A DNA stretch of 64,000 nt from positions 9,796,001 through 9,860,000 of the forward strand of contig NC_081333.1 of assembly GCF_022539665.2 (NCBI RefSeq). The letters run 5' to 3'. The position numbers and the translations under genes were made by a program. Positions 62,553-64,000 of the stretch are shown here, one piece after another. The notes under the pieces are model-generated. The model was not told the DNA's origin and did not search any database. It saw only the letters and a list, made by a program, of their open reading frames with translations. The DNA comes from Daphnia carinata. Taxonomy: Eukaryota. Every line of letters starts with the position of its first letter. Positions within the stretch are counted from its first letter, which is position 1.

Positions 62553-64000
62553 CTGAGCACACAGAAAAAAGAAAGAAAAATCACAGGTGAGTAATTTCGC
62601 ACTGATCACGGTGAAAATTGAAGTACGTCAAGGATTCATTCCTCCCAAAAAAAGAAGAACACGGTACCGCACGGAGCAAAAATAAAAAAAAATAAAAAAA
62701 AAAATAAAATATGAAAACAAAAGGGAAAACAAAGACGCGCTAAGAAAAGAAACAATAGAAGCAAAAAATGGAAACGACACTGATTTGGTCACGCCATCGC
62801 ATCATCCATCACCCGACACTTTTCCACACGTTCCCTTCTAGCCCCCCCCCCCCAAACAAAAAAGAAAGATGGCCACGGTGCCATCGTTGGCCATTTTTTT
62901 TTCTTATCCCTATGAATGGCCTGCGCGCAGTGACACAAAACGCAGAGAGATCCCTTTAGCCGGAATGATGATTATTCAATGCCTTCTAGATTGGGCAAGA
63001 GACGGACTTGGTTGGGCCTATTGTAAAGCCAACCCATAAATCCTTACAAATCCGAGCGTCTACCTACACACTATGCGTATGCATTTCAGCCGTTCTTCTC
63101 GAATTCATTTGTTTTGCCGAAAAATAAACACCATTCAGAAACGAAAGTAAACAACAAAAAAAAAGTGAAAAGCAATAGCAAAAAAAAAAAAAAACACAAT
63201 GGTGTGGTAGGAAAACAAACAAACAACGAGACAAGCAACCGCAAAGGCCACGAGTGATGCATCGTCACCGTTCTCAGTATGTTCCAATATTTTCTAATCT
63301 TTAAGGGTCGCAGACGGACTATTGTAATCAAGATCAACGACGAACGAAGAGAATAAAGAAAAAGAGAAGGGAAGGTCAGTCTTGTTTTATTTTTTTGTTT
63401 TTTTTTTTTAGTTTCGCTTTTAATTCTCTTATTCTTCTTCTTGTTGGTGCTGGATTTCGTCTAATTTTGGTTCTGTTTAAAGTACCAAAGTCCGACTCGA
63501 GCAGAGTCTCACGTGAAAGGCAGAGAAGCCAAAACGGCAAATTTCGGCCATCAATTGCCGCGACGTCATTGCCGCCCTTTTTCCACTTCTTTTTTAAGAA
63601 AAGATTTACTACACACGTATGCATTTTGTTTTCTATCTCTCTTTCCTTTTAGATTTCAATTTTCAATGGAGGCTTCTTGACGGCAATTTTCACCGGTGCT
63701 AACTTTCTAATCGAAACCCACAAGCCAATGAAATGAGTTGCGTTCAGCCGTGAGTTGCTCAAGAGTTCAAGCGTCAGCCGCTCGTAAACCATTTCAATCA
63801 TCGTTTTACCTTTTGTTTTCTCAACAAAGAAAACAAAGAAAAAACATTAACGTACATACGAAGTACGACAACAATAACAACAACAACAATAATAATAATC
63901 GTAACGTAATAAAAAAAAAAAAAAAAAAAAAAAGAAAGAAAGAAAAACAAAACAAAAATTAGCAACCGGAACTTGTGAATGGTGTGAGGGCAATCCAAGC

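Noticed and set aside
14000..64000. Numerous short ORFs rich in poly-Phe/poly-Lys, e.g. 29327-30016, 25246-25803, 36931-37458
   Set aside because: Translations of intronic A/T homopolymers, with no domain-like sequence and no convincing splice or phase fit.
1..64000. CRISPR array, rRNA or prokaryotic operon
   Set aside because: No repeat-spacer array or rRNA signature seen; the sequence is spliced eukaryotic DNA.

Overview
Eukaryotic, AT-rich animal genomic DNA with short GT-AG introns and many homopolymer and microsatellite runs; it looks crustacean or Daphnia-like, which is an inference. About 57 kb (6861 to beyond 64000, minus strand) holds one gene, a PLEKHG5/Syx-like RhoGEF. It has an RBD, a DH-PH tandem and a C-terminal ASEV PDZ-binding motif. 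A compact exon cluster lies at 6.9-13.4 kb, and phase-compatible upstream or alternative first exons are scattered through large introns. Just downstream of its 3' end is a ~5 kb palindrome (arms 874-3145 and 3654-5904). Each arm carries a decayed multi-exon coiled-coil gene pointing inward and a ~460 nt densely base-paired candidate RNA domain reading outward. The ~500 bp spacer holds three tRNA-like Pol III A/B-box cassettes, and transposon-like repeats flank the whole. This palindromic module is the most unusual feature. Exon models were derived by hand from splice signals and reading phase, with no database search.
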